This document shows, piece by piece, positions 61,606 through 64,000 of a stretch of DNA of 64,000 nt (positions are counted from its first letter, which is position 1; each line of letters begins with the position of its first letter). The notes under the pieces were generated by a model, which was not told the DNA's origin, made no database searches, and worked only from the letters and a program-made list of their open reading frames with translations. The stretch is taken from contig CM052816.1 in NCBI GenBank assembly GCA_028534125.1, positions 3,536,001-3,600,000 of the forward strand, in the 5' to 3' direction. The DNA comes from Lama glama. Its lineage: Eukaryota. Both the position numbers and the translations under genes were made by a program.

Positions 61606-62409
61606 TTTTTTAAAACATTTTTTATTGATTTATAATAATTTTACAACGTTGTGTCAGATTCCAGTGTGGAGCACAATTCTTCAGTTATACATGAACATAT
61701 ATATATATATTCATTGTCACATTTTTTTCTTTGTGAGCTACCATAAGATCTTGTATATATTTCCCTGTGCTATACAGTATAATCTTATTTATCTATTCTA
61801 CATTTTGAAACCCCAGTCTATCCCTTCCCACCTCCTGCCCCCTAGACAACCACAAGTTTGTATTCTGTCTATGAGTTTGTTTCTGTTTTGTATTTATGGT
61901 TTGTTTGTTTGTTTGTTTTTTATTTTAGATTCTACATATGAGCAATCTCATATAGTATTTTTCTTTCTCTTTCTGGCTTACTTCACTTAGAATGACATTC
62001 TCCAGGAGCATCCATGTTGCTGCAAATGGCGTTATGTTGTCAGTTTTTATGGCTGAGTAGTATTCCATTGTATAAATATACCACCTCTTCTTTATCCAGT
62101 CATCCGTTGATGGACATTTAGGCTGTCTCCATGTGTTGGCTATTGTAAATAGTGCTGCTATGAACATTGGGGTGCAGGTGTCATTTTGAAGTAGGGTTCC
62201 TTCTGGATATGTGCCCAGGAGAGGGATTCCTGGGTCCTATGGTAAGTCTATTCCTATTTTTTGAGGAATCTTCATACTGTTTTCCACAGTGGCTGCACCA
62301 AACTGCTTTCCCACCAGCAGTGTAGGAGGGTTCCCCTTTCTCCACAGCCTCTCCGGCATTTGTCATTTGTAGATTTTTGAATGATGGCTATTCTGACTGG
62401 TGTGAGGTG
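61606..62409 (-). mobile_element. Young camelid-type L1 3' fragment with perfect 13-bp TSD
   Basis: ORF2 C-terminus (MFIAALFTIANTWRQPKCPSTDDWIKKRWYIYTMEYYSAIK). GACAGTCTGTCTT at 61593-61605 and 62410-62422. Confidence 0.95.
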
Positions 62410-62656
62410 GACAGTCTGTCTTATTATGAACCTCCTTATGCCAATAGATGGAATATCTGTCTATTAAAAGATTACATGTAATCTTTGATATAATTGCTGT
62501 TACGGCTAGTGGCTTGTTACTTTTTTTTATTTGTTCCATATTTCCTTTGTCTCTTCTCTTGACTTTTGGATTAATCCTATGTGTTTTAATTATCCCAGAT
62601 TAAGCTACCCGTGCCCTCCACCCCCTTTAATGGTTACTTTAGTAACCAGTTTGAAC

Positions 62657-62857
62657 TTTGGCTTCCTCGACCTTGGACCTGTTGACATTTGGGGCCAGAT
62701 CCTTCCTTGTTGTGAGAGCTGTCCTGGGCACTGTAGGATGTTAGCAGCCTCCCTGGCTTTCTCCTGCTAAATGACAGTAGAAATGCCCGTGCGCCCCTCA
62801 ACCAAAAGTGGCTCATGTCCCTTTGGAAGAAAATTAACACTGATAGAGAACCATTGC
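62657..62857 (+). mobile_element. MER20 MITE
   Basis: ttcctcgaccttggacctgttgacatttggggccagat...ctgtcctgggcactgtaggatgttagcagcctccctggc...gagaaccattg. Confidence 0.9.
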
Positions 62858-63361
62858 TCTAGGAATTCCTGTACACATCTTCAGTTTATTACCCCAAGTT
62901 ACCAAGGTAATTGAGTGAGTATTTTGCCACTCCATGAGCAAACACTTTGTAAGACTATCATCGCGTTTATTTTCTCTCCCGTTAATGCTGTTGGTGTCAT
63001 GTGTGTTATTTCTACATGTATTATGAACTTCTCAATGTATTGTTCTTACTGTGGGTTTTGATAGCCAGTAATTTTAACTGTTAAAAAAATATTTTTTTCA
63101 CTTATGGACATATATGACCTTTTCCGGGTTCTTCGTGCCTTCCTGCAGATCTGCGCTGACGCCATGTGTCATTTCAGCCTGAGAAGCGGGGGATGTATTG
63201 TACGTTTGTCTAAAACAGTCATTCCATAGGCTTTTTTGAATTTTAGATTTTTTTTCTTTGGGCACTTAAAGAAGTCAATTCTATTGTCTTTTATCTTCCA
63301 TTATTTTCTGATGAAAAGCTAGTTAAGCACTTTTATTCTTCTCCTGGATATAATCTACCTA

Positions 63362-63468
63362 TTTTCTCCTTCCTTCCTTCCTTCTTCTTTTCTTTTCTCT
63401 TTTCTTTTCTTTCTCTCTCTCTTTCTTTCTTTCTTTTTTCTTTTCTTCCTTTCTTTCTTTCTTTCCTT
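63362..63468. repeat. Polypyrimidine (CT-rich) simple repeat
   Basis: Mixed (TTCC)n/(CTTT)n/(CT)n, directly visible. Confidence 0.95.
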
Positions 63469-64000
63469 ATTTAAGAATTTATTTTATACCTGTGTTGCAT
63501 TTTTTCCCTTTATTTTTGGTTTATATCCAATTTGTGATGACCTGGATGAAATAATTGATATGTTTTTCTCTGCTATGTCCATTCTGCTTTTGGTCCAGTA
63601 AATAAATTCTTAATTTAATATATAGGTTTTTTTTTCTCCAGTTTTAGAATTTCCTCTTGGTTCTGTTGTAGAGATTTGATTTTTCTCTTAGAGTTCTCAT
63701 TCTTTTTATCCATTTTGTCTACATTTTCTTCTGATCTCTTTAATATATTTAAGTAGTCATTTTAAGGTCTTTGCTAATTCCAGTATCTGAGCCATTTAGA
63801 AATCTGCTTCTATAGACAGTTTTTTTTCCTCTCTTAATTAGGAGTCATATTGCTTCCCCACTTGTCTCATAACTTTTTATCACGTTCTAGAAATTGCATA
63901 ATGAAAAAACTGTAGCCCTGGAGTAAGTATTATCTTCTACAAGGGAGGGCATCCTTATAATCCAATCAGGATTAGCTCTAGTTGGGTTCTTTTCACCTGT

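Larger units (their letters stand above)
59800..63950 (-). mobile_element. Long, old L1M ORF2/ORF1 remnant hosting a young L1, MER20 and a CT tract
   Basis: T-rich antisense L1 (ccttgcattgctgagataaagctcacttggtcatt; ctctgctttagatcaatcccacaaattttgacatgttg; ttgaagtctactttgtctgatatt). Confidence 0.75.

Noticed and set aside
1..64000. CRISPR arrays, operons or other prokaryotic systems
   Set aside because: The sequence is mammalian, and I saw no regularly spaced repeat-spacer array or gene-dense segment.

Overview
Mammalian, repeat-rich, mostly non-coding DNA. It is almost certainly camelid (alpaca or camel), because it carries eight copies of a tRNA-Ala-derived SINE of the Vic-1 type and young lineage-specific L1 3' ends. 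I could not identify a protein-coding gene: the long ORFs are L1/transposase remnants, run through N gaps, or are GC-rich chance ORFs. The window holds ancient repeats (MIR, L2, L3, MER5, MER20, MER58, MER81, MER82, Charlie, Tigger, MLT1, MER21, MER31, old L1M), younger L1s and ERV1 solo LTRs with visible target-site duplications (TSDs), and two assembly gaps. A CpG/GC-rich promoter-like region at about 14.5-16.7 kb contains a strong + strand exon/donor (15182-15220). Nearly all L1s and Vic-1 SINEs lie on the - strand, which suggests a long + strand transcription unit. The most unusual object is a ~185-bp element at 15965-16149 that matches only the predicted R region of the ERV1 LTR at 4326-4963. 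It has a poly(A) remnant and L1-type TSDs, so it looks like an L1-mobilised, SINE-like retrocopy of a short LTR transcript. Repeat family names were assigned by eye from remembered consensus sequences; subfamily names and boundaries without a TSD are approximate.
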